From Bdellovibrionota bacterium (GTDB taxonomy: Bacteria > Bdellovibrionota > UBA2428), in assembly GCA_964201665.1 (NCBI GenBank), contig CAXNEW010000004.1, positions 11,552 through 75,551 on the forward strand: a stretch of DNA of 64,000 nt, given 5' to 3'. Shown here piece after piece: positions 47,353 through 57,271 of this stretch. A program made the position numbers and the translations under genes. Below the pieces are notes generated by a model, which saw only the letters and a program-made list of their open reading frames with translations, had not been told where the DNA came from and did no database searches. The stretch's first letter is position 1. Each line of letters opens with the position of its first letter.

Positions 47353-47819
47353 GCTCAGGAATCAGCAAGGACGATATTGATTTTGAAAATTTTAAGGTCG
47401 AAGAAGACCGAGCAGACGGAATTCGAAAAAACCTAGAAGCGCTTAAAGCCACAAATTTAATCACGGATTTAATTTTGGTTGTGAATGAATTGGGCGAAGA
47501 AAAAATTCCGAGTCTTTCGGGCTTTGCCCCCGATACAGCAGCCCGAATCTGGGCAGGCCCCGAAACGACTCCCCTTGCTAAACTCAATTTAGGCCTTCAG
47601 GGCCAAGAACTCCGCGGGCACTGGGGAGATCAACTTGTGTTTGAGGTCGCTTTTTTACCCAAAGGTGGCGATTTTGCACTGATGTTTCTGGATGAATCTT
47701 TATGGGCAGAACTCAACATGAATACCGAGTTTCAAGAAGCTCTCAAAGACATTTTGCGCCAGGCAAAGTCAGCAAAATCTTCGCGTGCTCAGGCCTGGAA
47801 AGATCGTTTTCAAAGTTAA
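47349..47819 (+). CDS. Hypothetical cytoplasmic protein (156 aa)
   Basis: ATGA overlap with the M48 gene. No signal peptide and no recognisable motif. Confidence 0.5.
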   Translation: MSSGISKDDIDFENFKVEEDRADGIRKNLEALKATNLITDLILVVNELGEEKIPSLSGFAPDTAARIWAGPETTPLAKLNLGLQGQELRGHWGDQLVFEVAFLPKGGDFALMFLDESLWAELNMNTEFQEALKDILRQAKSAKSSRAQAWKDRFQS

Positions 47820-47889
47820 ACTTTGGATTCCCGACAACCAAAAATTATAGTGACACGGACTTTCGTTTTGCTTTAGTACCAAAACCTAA

Positions 47890-50800
47890 GTGCGTTTTAT
47901 CACATTGTTTTTGTTTATTTTTGTGCCTCTTATTGAGACCAAACCTTTCGTGCCGATTTTTTTTGCAGGCCGGGAAACTTGGGCTAATGAAACCCCGCTT
48001 GAAATTCCGGAGAGTCCTAGTCAAGACTCACCGGAGGGTTGGACGAGCGGCAAAATCGTGTTTGTTGATCAACAAATGACAATTCAAATCCGCTCTCCTG
48101 ATCCCACACAGGAGCCCTTGATTTACTTCTTTGATGGCTTTTTTAAAGATTCAGAGACAGAAGACAACAGCAAACAACCCGACAAAATTACAGTATTGGC
48201 CCCCCGAACTAAAAATGGCACTGTAGTGGGAGAAGCCCAGTTTTCTTTTGCCGAATCCAAACATCAGGTCGTTAAAATTGAAGGTCAAAAACCCGGGGAT
48301 CCTATTTTTTTTGTAGTAGTGACAGAGGTCGGGGACCCTAAAAAAAACAATCCAAAGATTGCCGTTCAATTTTTAAAGTGGGAACAGACTCCCACCCGCG
48401 CTACGAGCTCCAAATCAAATCCGAAGACCAAAAAACCTCTTGCAACAAAAAAACGACTGGTAATTTTGCCTTTAAAAACAATTCCTGACAGTGAACTCTA
48501 TGAGGGGCCAGATTTTTCCAGATTTAGTCTAGACGATGCCGGCCTGCCTTGGATTCTTTTACTTGAAAAGGAAACAAACTCATTTTCATTTATACGCCTG
48601 GCAAGTGCGCCGGTAAAAGATTTTTCAAAGGATCCCCTCAAGATTGACAACTGGGAAACGACCTTTCCCACGGATTTAGGCGATTCCAGCGGCCTACCTC
48701 AGATTAGAATTGAGAAAAATTTTGCGGATATTAGTTTTGACCAGGAAGGCAACTACCGTACCCACCATGGTTTTTATGATGATGACCATCCCTCGCCCGG
48801 GGAAAATCCCTTACCAAATTCCTTCGAGGTTAGAAGAAATAGGCTTAACTGGTATTCAAAGCCTGAAGTTTTGAAGCACATAGGTCATCAGATTAGAAAC
48901 CCCATCGAACGTTTATCCGGGCAGCATTTGGGCGGTCAGCTAACTCATTCAACTTTTGATCGATTTTTTGGGAATTTTGAGGGAGGGAAACTTTTTGAAG
49001 ACACAGAGTTTTCCGATCTTGATGGTAAGTTTCGTAAACTGCATTTGTTTCCGTCGGCCACATTCAACCTCACTTTTGAAGGAATCTTAGGTGCCCTCGG
49101 CGGTCTCTTTGCGCCGACGACCACCGACCCTGCCGAGAAGGATAAGTTTGCTTTCATTAATTTTCCAAAAGACTACAAAAATAGTAACAAGAACAAACTC
49201 CAGTCGGTACTAGGGGGAGTGTCTGAGTATTTTTTTCCAAAGGACGCACAACCCAGCACTCGGGTTCGTAATTTCAACATCGTTGTCACGCTCCCAGACG
49301 ACATGGCTGACCCGATCAAAAAAAAGCTCGTGGAAGATATTGAGGCGGCGAGTTACTCCGAAGCCAGCAATGTTAAATCTCCGGTGCAAATTAATTTAAT
49401 TTTTGTTCACGGCCAGGAATCCGAAGAATTCGGCCTCGGCGATGAAAAAAACTTACTCGATAATTTTTTTGGTAAAGACTCAGAAATGAAGTTTTTGGAA
49501 TCTCGTGTTCGGTTGACACTCGGCAACAACTCACTAGCGACCACGGTCATTCAAGAAATAACAACGAATCCCGATCCGAGTCTCTGGACCGATCTTCAAA
49601 ATTTAGAATGGGCCCTTAAAGTTGAGTTGGGTCGGACCAAAAAATCTGTCGGCGAACTTAGTCAGCCTGAACAAAAACAATTTGCGAGCGAAGTTAAACG
49701 TTACCTTACAGGAACCGCCGGAAGCCCTGTGCCAAAATATCAAATCAATCAAATTTTAAATTTGAAAGCCACACTTTCAAGCTCAAGTCCGGTTCATGGA
49801 CCAGACCCGCTTTTTGGTTTGGATCATCAACTTGAACGACTACAAGATATTTTACTCGTAAACGCAATTGCCGGAAGACGCAGGGGAGCATCTCCCTTGC
49901 CGATTTGGATATCAGGGCCCTCCGGAGGCGGAAAAACCCTCGCTGTTAGGCGTGTGATTCAACATGTAAAGGCCGCCAGTAAATGGATTTCAAGTTCCCC
50001 TGACTTCGGTTCCCCATCCAATATCTTCACCGAAATTGACGAATTGAAAAAGGATCCCAATCCCTTAAAAATTCTAGTTATTGATGAGGTTGAAAAAAAT
50101 CTTGGTGTTTTGAAGGCGCTTTTCCCCAATATTGAAACCCAGGATGCGGTGTTAAACTCGGGAAAAATTGTGTTTCAAGGAATTCAACTCGTATTGATTG
50201 GCAACGTGCAAACGAGTTCAGATGCCTTCAAAAGACTAAACATGCCGGCGGGCGACAACAATGTTGATCCCAATACTGTTCACACACTTCTTGTCGACAC
50301 CCTGATAAATGAAATTAATGAAAAAAATGGTATTGCAAAAACTTTTCCTGAGGCTCTCGTGGGAAGATTTGCCCCTAGCATAATTTATTTTCCAAGAATG
50401 AGTTTGCCTGAAGCAGAGCAAAGAAATCTCTTAGTTGAGATTGTCCAAAAATATGCCTCCTCACAGGGACTTAATTTTCATTTACCTGAGGGTGTGGCCG
50501 AAAAAATGAACACCTTTGCCAGTAATAGTCCTGATAGTTTTCGTGGATTTGCAAAAGAACTCCAGAAAATTCTGGATGTCGCTTTGTCAGAACTGATTGC
50601 CGGCTCGCCCGGGGATCCTTTTGATCAAACTCGAGATTTTCAACTTATTATCAGTGGAAATACAAACTCGAGTCTTCGTGCCCAATTGGTGCCGCTAACG
50701 CCCCAGCAAATTTTATATTTTAAAAAAGTTTTTTTAAATCGAGAAATTTCTGATGAAATTGATTTTTTGATGCATCAAATGGAAACTTCAAATTCTCAGG

Positions 50801-51501
50801 CTTCCTCCGATGCGAGAATATGGCATCTCGAATTTTTCGAAAATTTTAAAAGGATTGGTCATTTTTTTTCGGCTCGTCTTGAAGACTCAAAACAAGGCCC
50901 TCCCCCTATGGGTCCCGAAACCATGCCCTCGGTTTGGGCATCCCTGGGCCACGGCTTACCCCAAGAAAGTCATCAGCTTTACCAAGAATTGAGGGATAGC
51001 GTTGATCGATTTCTACAGTACAGTGATGCCTTGGATTATCTTAGAAACCAAGGAACTCTGACCGAAGAAGTTTTTAGAACTCACTCTTGGATTATTCCGT
51101 TTACCTCGCCTGAAAACCTCAAACTTGAGAGGCGAAAGGAATTTCAAAATTTTTTCGCTAAACTCAAACAAACTCACAGGACTTTGGTTAACACCCTTGC
51201 CGAAGATAAAGATTTCGACGAACTCAAGGCCTCACTGCGAAGAATGGCCAAGCAGCATTTTCCAGAACTCGAGTTACCTGAAAAAGTAGGCAACTCGGAC
51301 CAATTTTTAGAAGAATCTGCAAGATTAATGACGGCCCAGGAATTGGGTGCACTTGAAGCCATCGAGGCCATTGCTCTTTTTGAAAGCGGCTTAACGTCCT
51401 ATTTACGAAAAATTAAGAACAGAAAACTTAAGCCAGTGCTTACATCAACAATCGTAGATGGCATTTGTCGAAGTGACCTCGGGCAAATAACGGGAACTTA
51501 G
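47890..51501 (+). CDS. 1203-aa protein with a single ClpB-D2-like AAA+ ATPase module flanked by large unknown regions
   Basis: Walker A WISGPSGGGKT (about 49914-49937), Walker B KILVIDEVEK (about 50071-50097), sensor/arginine region FPEALVGRF, and a D2-small-like helical segment. The N-terminus MRFITLFLFIFVPLIETKP is signal- or anchor-like; the start is GTG. Confidence 0.7.
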   Translation: MRFITLFLFIFVPLIETKPFVPIFFAGRETWANETPLEIPESPSQDSPEGWTSGKIVFVDQQMTIQIRSPDPTQEPLIYFFDGFFKDSETEDNSKQPDKITVLAPRTKNGTVVGEAQFSFAESKHQVVKIEGQKPGDPIFFVVVTEVGDPKKNNPKIAVQFLKWEQTPTRATSSKSNPKTKKPLATKKRLVILPLKTIPDSELYEGPDFSRFSLDDAGLPWILLLEKETNSFSFIRLASAPVKDFSKDPLKIDNWETTFPTDLGDSSGLPQIRIEKNFADISFDQEGNYRTHHGFYDDDHPSPGENPLPNSFEVRRNRLNWYSKPEVLKHIGHQIRNPIERLSGQHLGGQLTHSTFDRFFGNFEGGKLFEDTEFSDLDGKFRKLHLFPSATFNLTFEGILGALGGLFAPTTTDPAEKDKFAFINFPKDYKNSNKNKLQSVLGGVSEYFFPKDAQPSTRVRNFNIVVTLPDDMADPIKKKLVEDIEAASYSEASNVKSPVQINLIFVHGQESEEFGLGDEKNLLDNFFGKDSEMKFLESRVRLTLGNNSLATTVIQEITTNPDPSLWTDLQNLEWALKVELGRTKKSVGELSQPEQKQFASEVKRYLTGTAGSPVPKYQINQILNLKATLSSSSPVHGPDPLFGLDHQLERLQDILLVNAIAGRRRGASPLPIWISGPSGGGKTLAVRRVIQHVKAASKWISSSPDFGSPSNIFTEIDELKKDPNPLKILVIDEVEKNLGVLKALFPNIETQDAVLNSGKIVFQGIQLVLIGNVQTSSDAFKRLNMPAGDNNVDPNTVHTLLVDTLINEINEKNGIAKTFPEALVGRFAPSIIYFPRMSLPEAEQRNLLVEIVQKYASSQGLNFHLPEGVAEKMNTFASNSPDSFRGFAKELQKILDVALSELIAGSPGDPFDQTRDFQLIISGNTNSSLRAQLVPLTPQQILYFKKVFLNREISDEIDFLMHQMETSNSQASSDARIWHLEFFENFKRIGHFFSARLEDSKQGPPPMGPETMPSVWASLGHGLPQESHQLYQELRDSVDRFLQYSDALDYLRNQGTLTEEVFRTHSWIIPFTSPENLKLERRKEFQNFFAKLKQTHRTLVNTLAEDKDFDELKASLRRMAKQHFPELELPEKVGNSDQFLEESARLMTAQELGALEAIEAIALFESGLTSYLRKIKNRKLKPVLTSTIVDGICRSDLGQITGT

Positions 51502-51506
51502 GGCGA

Positions 51507-52451
51507 CTAATAAAGTTCGACTCTATCGCCCGGCAAAATTGAGCCGCCGCTTTGTAGGATTCCTATGGCGCTGTCGCCTCCAAAAAATTGTATGATTTTG
51601 AGAGTGCCTTTCATTCGCCCTGGGGCTTCGCCCATGATTTGTCCCGTTTGGGGGTCCAAAATTTGTCGCGGTCTTTCGACAATCTTTAAAATATCGCCCA
51701 TGGCTAGACCGGTTTTTCGGCCAGAATTTATGTAGACACGTCCGCCTTCGATGCGCAAAACGCGCCCACCCCAGGCAAGCTTTGTCGAAAAAGGAGCAAG
51801 CCTTCCGACAACGCTTTTGGCAATTCGAGCGGCCAGCGTGCGGGTTTTAGTTTCAACATCGTTGAGAGCAGGGGCGGCTCCTAAAAAGTCTGCCCTGGAT
51901 TCGGACAACTGTTGAGCATCTCGCCCCCGAACCACAGCTTTGCCTGTAGACGAATCATAAAGTTCATAGGTGGCCTCGAGTTTGAGACTCACTGTACGCA
52001 TTTTGAAAATTCCTTCGGACTGTTCGCCGTCTACACCCATTTCAAAAAGACTTGCACGGCCCAAAACAAATCCCGAAACCTCACTGCCGGCAAGATTTCG
52101 AGAAAGAGCAAGGGGATCGATTGCTTGGTCGCCCATTTGGGAAGCGGTCAATAGGGTTTTTTCCTCATCGCCTGACTGCACAGTAAAAGGGGAATTTTCT
52201 CCACCCAGAACTTTTTGAATCTCTTCTTTTAAAATTTCACCCACGGGAATTCCCTGCAAGGCAGGATGTGTAACCGTGGTCTCGTTTGCGAATTTAAAAA
52301 CCCAAACTGTTTTTTTTAGATCAGCTAAATCTTCGCGAGACAAATCCACAGGAGGTTTGGCGGGAGCCTCAACCACCGGCACTTCGTCTCTACGAACGGG
52401 TTCGGTACATTGACTCAAAAAAATAAAACTCAATAGAATTAAAATTTGCAT
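51507..52451 (-). CDS. Lipoprotein of unknown function
   Basis: Signal peptide plus lipobox FLSQC; 314 aa. The C-terminal beta-rich segment GRVYINSGRKTGLAMGDILKIV recalls LpoB/CsgG/FlgT-type lipoproteins, but I make no firm call. Confidence 0.55.
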   Translation of the reverse strand: MQILILLSFIFLSQCTEPVRRDEVPVVEAPAKPPVDLSREDLADLKKTVWVFKFANETTVTHPALQGIPVGEILKEEIQKVLGGENSPFTVQSGDEEKTLLTASQMGDQAIDPLALSRNLAGSEVSGFVLGRASLFEMGVDGEQSEGIFKMRTVSLKLEATYELYDSSTGKAVVRGRDAQQLSESRADFLGAAPALNDVETKTRTLAARIAKSVVGRLAPFSTKLAWGGRVLRIEGGRVYINSGRKTGLAMGDILKIVERPRQILDPQTGQIMGEAPGRMKGTLKIIQFFGGDSAIGILQSGGSILPGDRVELY

Positions 52452-52469
52452 AAATTCCTATTTCTCACA

Positions 52470-55400
52470 TTACATCACTGTTTCGACTTTTAGGGTTCCC
52501 GGAATCAAAATTCGGGTAGAAATTTCTTCAACAAGTTTTTTTGAAGGGTGCACTCGGAATTTATTTCCGGCATCAATTTTAGTCGAAAATTGTCCCGGAT
52601 TTGAAAGTGTAATTTCGACAGGAACTGAGCCCGGATGTTTTTGCAAAATACCCGCAATTTCAGTGAGCAGGGTTTGCACTGACATTCCCCCGCGACTCAG
52701 CGGCGCTAGGCCCACTTCGATAGCAATTTTTTTCGGCCATTTTTCTTCAATTTGACTTAAGTCCTCGACAGCCATGCGCCCCGCAATACTGATGTCGCCA
52801 CATAAAAGCTTGGGCTTGTCTTCTTCGAAATCAAGATTGGCCCGAACCACAAGGGGCCGCCCACTAGCAAAAAGTTTGGAGAATTCTTTAAAGTGATCGG
52901 GAAATGAAATGAGCTCAAGGGTGCCCGTAGAATCTTCGAGCTTTACAATTCCCATGAGCTCACCCGCGCGACGACCTTTTTTAACTCGAACCTCGCGCAA
53001 CTCCGAAACCCAGGCCGCAATCGTGACTTGGGTTTGAGGGGCTTTTTCGCCAAGATCAAAAATGTGAATACACCCTAGGGCCCGAGCTTTCTCAAGGTAT
53101 CGATCCATGGGAGTTCCTGAAAGGAAAATTCCCAATAGCTCTTTTTCCCAATCGAGCATTTGTTTTTGGGTTAGAGCTAACTGAGGTTCAGTGTATTTAG
53201 GGCGCGACTCTATTGAACTCTCACCCGGGCCTCCACTGGGGCTTGGACCCCCATCAAAAAGTGAAAACTGTCCGGCCTCCTTAGTTGCATTTTGATTTGA
53301 GGCCCACTCTAGAGCGAGCTCCACAGTGGCGAGATATCGCCCGCGAAGCTCCGTGGCATTTTCTGAAAGTGAATCAAAGGCTCCGGCCTGTATTAGGGCT
53401 TCCAGCATGCGCTTATTTACGCGACGGATATCTACGCGCGAAACAAAATCAAAAAGATCTGTGAACTTTCGATTGGGATCAATTTTACGAGATTCTAGGA
53501 TGGCTTCAACTCCGGCTTCGCCAACGTTTTTTACAGCCGACAATCCAAACCGAATTGTGGATTCGCCTACAATAGAAAAATCACTTCCCGATTCATTCAC
53601 ATCAGGAGGCAAGATTTTGAGGCCCCGAGCTCGCGCATCAGAAATATACCTTGAGAGTTTGTCGGTATCTGTTTTTTCAATAGTTAAAAGAGCCGTAAAA
53701 AATTCTGTTGGGTAAACAGTTTTCAGGTAGGCGGTTTGAACCGCCAAAAGCGCATAGGCTGCCGCGTGACTTTTATTAAATCCATAGCCTGCAAATTTTT
53801 CAATCAAATCAAAGAGCTCGCCTGCCTTAGCTGCGGGCTTGCCCATTTTGACAGACCCATCAACAAAGCCTGCTCTTTGGGCGTCCATCTCTTTTGCGTT
53901 CTTTTTGCCCATGGCGCGTCTCAAAAGGTCAGCGCCGCCTAACGTGAAACCCGCTACCAGACGAGCGATTTCCATGACCTGCTCTTGGTAAATGATAACC
54001 CCATAGGTTTCGCGCAGGCACTCTTCCATTTCTGGAAAAGGCACTTCAACTTTGGCACGTCCATGCTTTCTGTTTATAAAATCATCGACCATTCCGGCCT
54101 GCAGGGGGCCGGGTCTAAAAAGCGCGTTAATGGCGGCAATATCTGCAAAGCGATCGGGTTTCATACGCACGCATAGATTTTGCATGCCCGAACTTTCAAG
54201 CTGAAAAACTCCCAAGGTGTCGCCCGCAGCAATGAGTTGATAGGAGCGCGGATCGTGCAAGGGAATATTGTGATAGTAAAGTTTTTGAGCCTCAGGCTCG
54301 GGCCTTTTGCGAATCCACTGAGTGGCAAGATCCATCAAATCAAGGGTCACCAGACCCAGAAAATCAAACTTTACGAGCCCGGCTTCTTCGGACATTTTCA
54401 TGTCCCACTGGGTGAGAATATTTCCCTCGGCGTCTTGGCTTAGGGGGGCGACTTCAGCCACGGGTTTTGAAGAAATAATAACTCCGGCCGCATGAACTCC
54501 GGGTTGCCTTAGGGCGCCTTCAATTCGCAGTGCTAAATCCACGCACTGTTTGATTTTTGGATCATCGGCAACATTTTTTCGAAGTTCTTCAACTTCTTCA
54601 AGGGCCTCAGAAATCGTGAGAGGTTTTGCCTGCACACTTGGAATTAATTTAGTCAGCCGGTTGGTCTCACTAAAACTAAGTCCCAAAACTCGACCCACAT
54701 CCTTAAGAGCATTTTTTGACTGCTCCTTGGCAAAGGTCACAATCTGACAAACATGGTCTCGCCCGTATTTTGCAGTCACATAGCGAATCACTTCAGCACG
54801 TTTTTCTTGGCAAAAATCGACGTCAAAGTCAGGAAGCGAAACTCGCTCAGGATTCAAAAACCGCTCAAACAAAAGACCATGCTCGATGGGGTCAAGGTCG
54901 GTGATATCCAAAACATAGGCCGCAAGTGAACCTGCGCCCGAACCCCGCCCCGGGCCCACGGGAATATCGTGGGATTTTGCCCAACGGATAAAATCCGAGA
55001 CTATCAAGTAATAGCCTGCAAAACCCATTTTTTGAATGGTATCGATTTCATACTCTAAACGATTTTTATAGATTTCAAGCTTACGGGTATCGGTATCAAG
55101 GCCTAACTTTTGAAAGCGAGCCTCAAGACCCTCGCGACAATTATTGGCAAAAAGAATTTCTTGGCTTTGTCCCTGGCTTTCAAAACGGGGCAAATGAAAA
55201 ATTCGTTTGCCCTCGGAGTCTTTAAACTTAAGTTCAACATTGCAACGTTCAGCAATTCTTAGAGTGTTCTCGATGGCCTCGGGAATATGCGAAAAGGCCT
55301 CTTTCATTTCTTCAGGTGTCTTTAAATAAAAATCGCGTGGACTTAGGCGCGAGTGAGGATTTTCTTGCAGAGTCAGTTTTTGGGCCACCATCATCCAAAC

Positions 55401-56054
55401 TTCTTGGGCAGCGGCATCGTCGGCAGTTGCATAGTGAACATCGCTTGTTGCAACAAAGCCCAGACCCCGCTTGTTGCCCATATCCAACAAAATTTCTTGG
55501 GCCTTACGAATGGGTGAGAGCGAAGATTCTTGAAGTTCTATAAACAGATTCTCTTGACCGAGTTCTTTTTGCAAAAGATCGAGTGTGGATTCAGCAAGTC
55601 CCATCTGGTCTTGAATCAGAAACGAATTGAGAATGCCCTTGGTACCTGCAGTGAGAGCAATGAGGCCCTCTTTGTTTTTAAAAATTTCAGCCAGGGGTAT
55701 TTGAGGCCTTAAAACCTCACCGTCCCTGCCGAAATCCAAATGCGAACGGGTGACAATGCGAGAAAGATTTTCAAAGCCCTTTTTATTTTCAGCAAGTAAA
55801 ATGAGATGGCGAAGTCCGGGCCCTGCCCCCTCAACTGTTACCCCTAACTCAACTCCAAAAATGGGTTTAATTTTAGCTGCGCTATTTCCCTTGCAGGCCT
55901 TCCAAAAAGCCAGGGCTCCGTACAAATTTCCCCAGTCCGTAAGTGCCAAAGCGGGAGACCCCATGGCCCCCACGCGCGCAACCAGGTCGTCCATTTTAAT
56001 GAGACTCGATGAAAGGGAGTATTCCGAATGTACGTGGAGATGAACAAAAGACAC
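52470..56054 (-). CDS. dnaE: DNA polymerase III alpha subunit
   Basis: PHP domain start MSFVHLHVHSEYS, polymerase core motifs GPGRGSGAGSL and KFDFLGL, an OB-fold C-terminus; 1194 aa, contiguous with no intein insertion. Confidence 0.95.
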   Translation of the reverse strand: MSFVHLHVHSEYSLSSSLIKMDDLVARVGAMGSPALALTDWGNLYGALAFWKACKGNSAAKIKPIFGVELGVTVEGAGPGLRHLILLAENKKGFENLSRIVTRSHLDFGRDGEVLRPQIPLAEIFKNKEGLIALTAGTKGILNSFLIQDQMGLAESTLDLLQKELGQENLFIELQESSLSPIRKAQEILLDMGNKRGLGFVATSDVHYATADDAAAQEVWMMVAQKLTLQENPHSRLSPRDFYLKTPEEMKEAFSHIPEAIENTLRIAERCNVELKFKDSEGKRIFHLPRFESQGQSQEILFANNCREGLEARFQKLGLDTDTRKLEIYKNRLEYEIDTIQKMGFAGYYLIVSDFIRWAKSHDIPVGPGRGSGAGSLAAYVLDITDLDPIEHGLLFERFLNPERVSLPDFDVDFCQEKRAEVIRYVTAKYGRDHVCQIVTFAKEQSKNALKDVGRVLGLSFSETNRLTKLIPSVQAKPLTISEALEEVEELRKNVADDPKIKQCVDLALRIEGALRQPGVHAAGVIISSKPVAEVAPLSQDAEGNILTQWDMKMSEEAGLVKFDFLGLVTLDLMDLATQWIRKRPEPEAQKLYYHNIPLHDPRSYQLIAAGDTLGVFQLESSGMQNLCVRMKPDRFADIAAINALFRPGPLQAGMVDDFINRKHGRAKVEVPFPEMEECLRETYGVIIYQEQVMEIARLVAGFTLGGADLLRRAMGKKNAKEMDAQRAGFVDGSVKMGKPAAKAGELFDLIEKFAGYGFNKSHAAAYALLAVQTAYLKTVYPTEFFTALLTIEKTDTDKLSRYISDARARGLKILPPDVNESGSDFSIVGESTIRFGLSAVKNVGEAGVEAILESRKIDPNRKFTDLFDFVSRVDIRRVNKRMLEALIQAGAFDSLSENATELRGRYLATVELALEWASNQNATKEAGQFSLFDGGPSPSGGPGESSIESRPKYTEPQLALTQKQMLDWEKELLGIFLSGTPMDRYLEKARALGCIHIFDLGEKAPQTQVTIAAWVSELREVRVKKGRRAGELMGIVKLEDSTGTLELISFPDHFKEFSKLFASGRPLVVRANLDFEEDKPKLLCGDISIAGRMAVEDLSQIEEKWPKKIAIEVGLAPLSRGGMSVQTLLTEIAGILQKHPGSVPVEITLSNPGQFSTKIDAGNKFRVHPSKKLVEEISTRILIPGTLKVETVM

Positions 56055-56501
56055 TCTCTAGAATTAGCGGCCAGAGGTTGAGCTATCAACTCAAGCCACT
56101 AACACACCCGCTAAAGGCGACAAACACTGCGTTATTTGAGTTTATTTGAAAATGACTCGGCTTTTGTCAGGGGAATAAATCCTACAACATCGATTTGGCC
56201 CATTAACATTTTCAACAATGAGACTATAAACTCTTTCGATTTTTTTAGGGTTTGCGGTACCAAAATCGAGAAACCGATTGTTTCTGAGTGATTTTAGAGG
56301 CTTATCATAATCCACAAAAACGAACTCCTAAGCTACCCCAAAGTCCGACCTTTCAGACGGTCCATATAATCGGGCAAAAAGATGGCCTAAAGAGCGGTCC
56401 TAGGCTGGCCCAGTTCTTGCTCGGGCAGAGAACGAAGTCTCGTTTCGATGCTTCGCGAAAACAAAAAGGCACTCGTTGCCTCAACAAAAAGGAGTTTTAA
56501 A

Positions 56502-57215
56502 ATGAACGTATTCAACAAATTAAAAATGGGAGTCGCGGCAATTGCACTGAGCTCAGCGTCGCTGAGTTTTGCAGGCAATCCCGCTTGCCCCGAAGGCCAC
56601 TGCAGCCATGTCAACGCCACTATTAAAAAGTTTTGCGATGACAACGGTTTGAAAGGTCAATTTCCGGTTATTAAAGATGGAACTATTTGCGATTGCCCAT
56701 GTAGCTGCGTCATAGGCGACACTCAAATTTTGCTAAACACGAAATTTGAATCTACACCCATAAAAAACCTTCAAGTCGGAGACAACGTAGCTGTTGTTGG
56801 CGAACGCATGGGCACTTCAAAAGTGACAAGATTTATGGGAGATATTTCGCCCGTAACCCATAAAGTTGTTCGTCTACAAACAGATAGCAAACACGAACTT
56901 GCGGTAAGCAACAATCATACTTTTGTTAAACCTAGCAAAGTGCTTGTTCAGGCTGAACAACTTTCTGTAGGAGATGAAATTTTAGACGTAAATGGAAAAC
57001 CCGTTAAAGTCATAAATCTCACAAGCAACGACATGACAGCCCAGCTTTTCAATCTGGTTGTCAATGAAGGCAGCGACAACCCTAGTGACCACATCATAGG
57101 CACTCAAGGACTCATGTCAGGTGACTACATGCTGCAAGCGACACAAGATTCACTACAGTCTGCGATCAACGTCAGAACTGGAAAAGTCCAACCCCTTAGC
57201 ATTAACAACAAATAG
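56502..57215 (+). CDS. Secreted protein: signal peptide + 44-aa six-Cys module + Hint (Hedgehog/intein-like) autoprocessing domain
   Basis: The ATG at 56502 is preceded by AAGGAG. Signal peptide MNVFNKLKMGVAAIALSSASLSFA. Hint block A is C-VIGDTQILL (Cys codon 56706-56708) with VGDNVAV. The block B-like motif is AVSNNHTFV. The C-terminal block is LFNLVVNEG...HIIGTQGLMSGD. Confidence 0.65.
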   Translation: MNVFNKLKMGVAAIALSSASLSFAGNPACPEGHCSHVNATIKKFCDDNGLKGQFPVIKDGTICDCPCSCVIGDTQILLNTKFESTPIKNLQVGDNVAVVGERMGTSKVTRFMGDISPVTHKVVRLQTDSKHELAVSNNHTFVKPSKVLVQAEQLSVGDEILDVNGKPVKVINLTSNDMTAQLFNLVVNEGSDNPSDHIIGTQGLMSGDYMLQATQDSLQSAINVRTGKVQPLSINNK

Positions 57216-57271
57216 ATATCCACAATGGGGCTAATTCCTTGGAATTGGCCCCATCACATTTCGAGGTAAAC

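Noticed and set aside
47890-47960. Treating the AAA+ protein N-terminus as a definite cleavable signal peptide
   Set aside because: The start is a GTG chosen by the ORF track with no strong RBS, and an exported ATPase is functionally problematic. I report it only as a signal- or anchor-like segment needing topology prediction.
56055-56501. Structured RNA genes (tRNA, tmRNA, RNase P, SRP, 6S) in this and the other intergenic gaps (1-162, 22840-23307, 23809-24128, 25251-25677, 44782-44876)
   Set aside because: I found no cloverleaf-compatible segment and none of the signature strings I know (for example the RNase P GAGGAAAGTCC or a tmRNA-type acceptor end). The check was by eye only, so a covariance-model scan could still find something.
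52470-57215. An intein or split-intein relationship between dnaE and the adjacent Hint-domain gene
   Set aside because: DnaE is contiguous at a normal length (1194 aa), with uninterrupted polymerase motifs. The Hint protein has its own Sec signal peptide and is divergently transcribed. It therefore cannot be a DnaE intein half.
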